Assembly: GCA_002269645.1 (NCBI GenBank)
Contig: NIVC01000232.1
Coordinates: 133,684 to 197,683 of the forward strand
Direction: 5' to 3'
Source of the DNA: Macrostomum lignano
Taxonomy: Eukaryota
DNA length: 64,000 nucleotides
The first letter of the stretch is position 1. The number at the start of each line of letters is the position of its first letter. The notes under the pieces were generated by a model, which did not search any database, was not told the DNA's origin, and saw only the letters and a list, made by a program, of their open reading frames with translations. Shown here piece by piece: positions 62,524-64,000 of this stretch. Position numbers and translations under genes: made by a program.

Positions 62524-63210
62524 CCCCTTGGTGCTTGGCGCCCCTTGGTGCTTGGCGCCCCTTGGTGCTTGGCGCCCCTTGGTGCTTGGCGCCCCTTGGT
62601 GCTTGGCGCCCCTTGGTGCTTGGCGCCCCTTGGTGCTTGGCGCCCCTTGGTGCTTGGCGCCCCTTTGTGCTTGGCGCCCCTTGGTGCTTAGCGCCCCTTG
62701 GTGCTTGGCGCCCCTTGGTGCTTGGCGCCCATTGGTGCTTGGCGCCCCTTGGTGCTTGGCGCCCCTTGGTGCTTGGCGCCCCTTGGTGCTTGGCGCCCCT
62801 TGGTGCTTGGCGCCCCTTGGTGCTTGGCGCCCCTTGGTGCTTGGCGCCCCTTGGTGCTTGGCGCCCCTTGGTGCTTGGCGCCCCTTGGTGCTTGGTGCCC
62901 CTTGGTGCTTGGCGCCCCTTGGTGCTTGGCGCCCCTTGGTGCTTGGCGCCCCTTGGTGCTTGGCGCCCCTTGGTGCTTGGCGCCCCTTGGTGCTTGGCGC
63001 CCCTTGGTGCTTGGCGCCCCTTGGTGCTTGGCGCCCCTTGGTGCTTGGCGCCCCTTGGTGCTTGGCGCCCCTTGGTGCTTGGCGCCCCTTGGTGCTTGGT
63101 GCCCCTTGGTGCTTGGCGCCCCTTGGTGCTTGGCGCCCCTTGGTGCTTGGCGCCCCTTGGTGCTTGGCGCCCCTTGGTGCTTGGCGCCCTTGGCGCCCTT
63201 GGCGCCCCTA
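62524..63210. repeat. 17-bp minisatellite CCCTTGGTGCTTGGCGC, reverse complement of the 36167 array
   Basis: The unit is the exact reverse complement of GCGCCAAGCACCAAGGG. Confidence 0.97.
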
Positions 63211-63714
63211 GGTGTTTTGGTGAATTTTGAATTTTCTATTCCAACTGTAGAAATTGACGATGGGAAACTGGAGTCAGTTTTACTGAATTATTTGACAATT
63301 TGAGGAAGTTGGAAAAGCTTATATATATAATTGTCAAATACGAGCGTACTTTAAATGCATTCATGTTACGCTCTGTAAAAAATGTCGACTCTCAAGTGGT
63401 ATCCGCTTGGTATAACTTTGACTCTCTGGCGGCACAACACTTCAAAAAATTGTATCAAAATAACCCAAAACTAAAACCGGTACTACAGAATAGAATTTTT
63501 GTTTAACTAAATTAAATTGTATCAAAAGATTGGCACACGTTTTTGCATCTAAAATTGGATACTTTCTGTTAAAGTCACAGCTGTATAATTTCGTGACAGT
63601 GAATTGCATTATGGTAATGAATGGGTTTGGCTTTTTAGAGGATTTTTTCGTTAAAACAATTTTTTTAATTGAAAATTTGTAGGTTTAGATGCTAGAAAAA
63701 CTGACGGTCTTTTC

Positions 63715-64000
63715 TGTCAGAGATGCTGACAATATTCAGTGTCAGAGAGATGCTGACAGTATTCTGTGTCAGAGAGATGCTGACAGTATTCAGTGTCAGA
63801 GAGATGCTGACAATATTCTGTGTCAGAGAGATGCTGACAATATTCTGTGTCAGAGAGATGCTGACAATATTCAGTGTCAGAGAGATGCTGACAATATTCA
63901 GTGTCAGAGAGATGCTGACAATATTCAGTGTCAGAGAGATGCTGACAATATTCAGTGTCAGAGAGATGCTGACAATATTCTGTGTCAGATATGCTGACAG
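63715..64000. repeat. 27-bp minisatellite TCAGAGAGATGCTGACAATATTC(A/T)GTG running to the window end
   Basis: About ten tandem units. Confidence 0.93.

Noticed and set aside
36140-63240. A giant 27-kb transposon bounded by the inverted 17-bp arrays
   Set aside because: Outer and inner flanks of the two arrays show no convincing TIR similarity or TSD. Only the inverted repeat relationship is retained as a finding.

Overview
Eukaryotic (metazoan) genomic DNA with GT-AG introns, AT-rich intergenic DNA and many minisatellites. The gene style and repeat load resemble a free-living flatworm such as Macrostomum (inference only). Genes from left to right: a TTC16-like TPR gene, a degenerate ABCA-type transporter, a ~25 kb head-to-tail array of eight intronless DEG/ENaC channel genes plus one relic, a glutaminyl cyclase (QPCT-like), a DED-prodomain caspase on the minus strand, and a four-exon WD40 gene whose three introns are largely filled by different minisatellites. 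Mobile DNA includes a foldback element inserted without a target-site duplication at AAA|TTT (Spy-like) inside channel copy 7, an intact IR/DR Tc1 carrying a nested hAT that itself carries a Harbinger-like MITE, a young 5'-truncated RTE LINE, a tRNA-derived SINE, and piggyBac/RT relics. The most interesting system is the DEG/ENaC array: a strongly reduced cysteine thumb, invariant pore motifs, a gene-conversion tract that skips a probable ligand-contact loop, and ongoing birth-and-death. About ten single-base frameshifts fall in the first 14 kb and are probably consensus errors. There is no rRNA, CRISPR or prokaryotic system.
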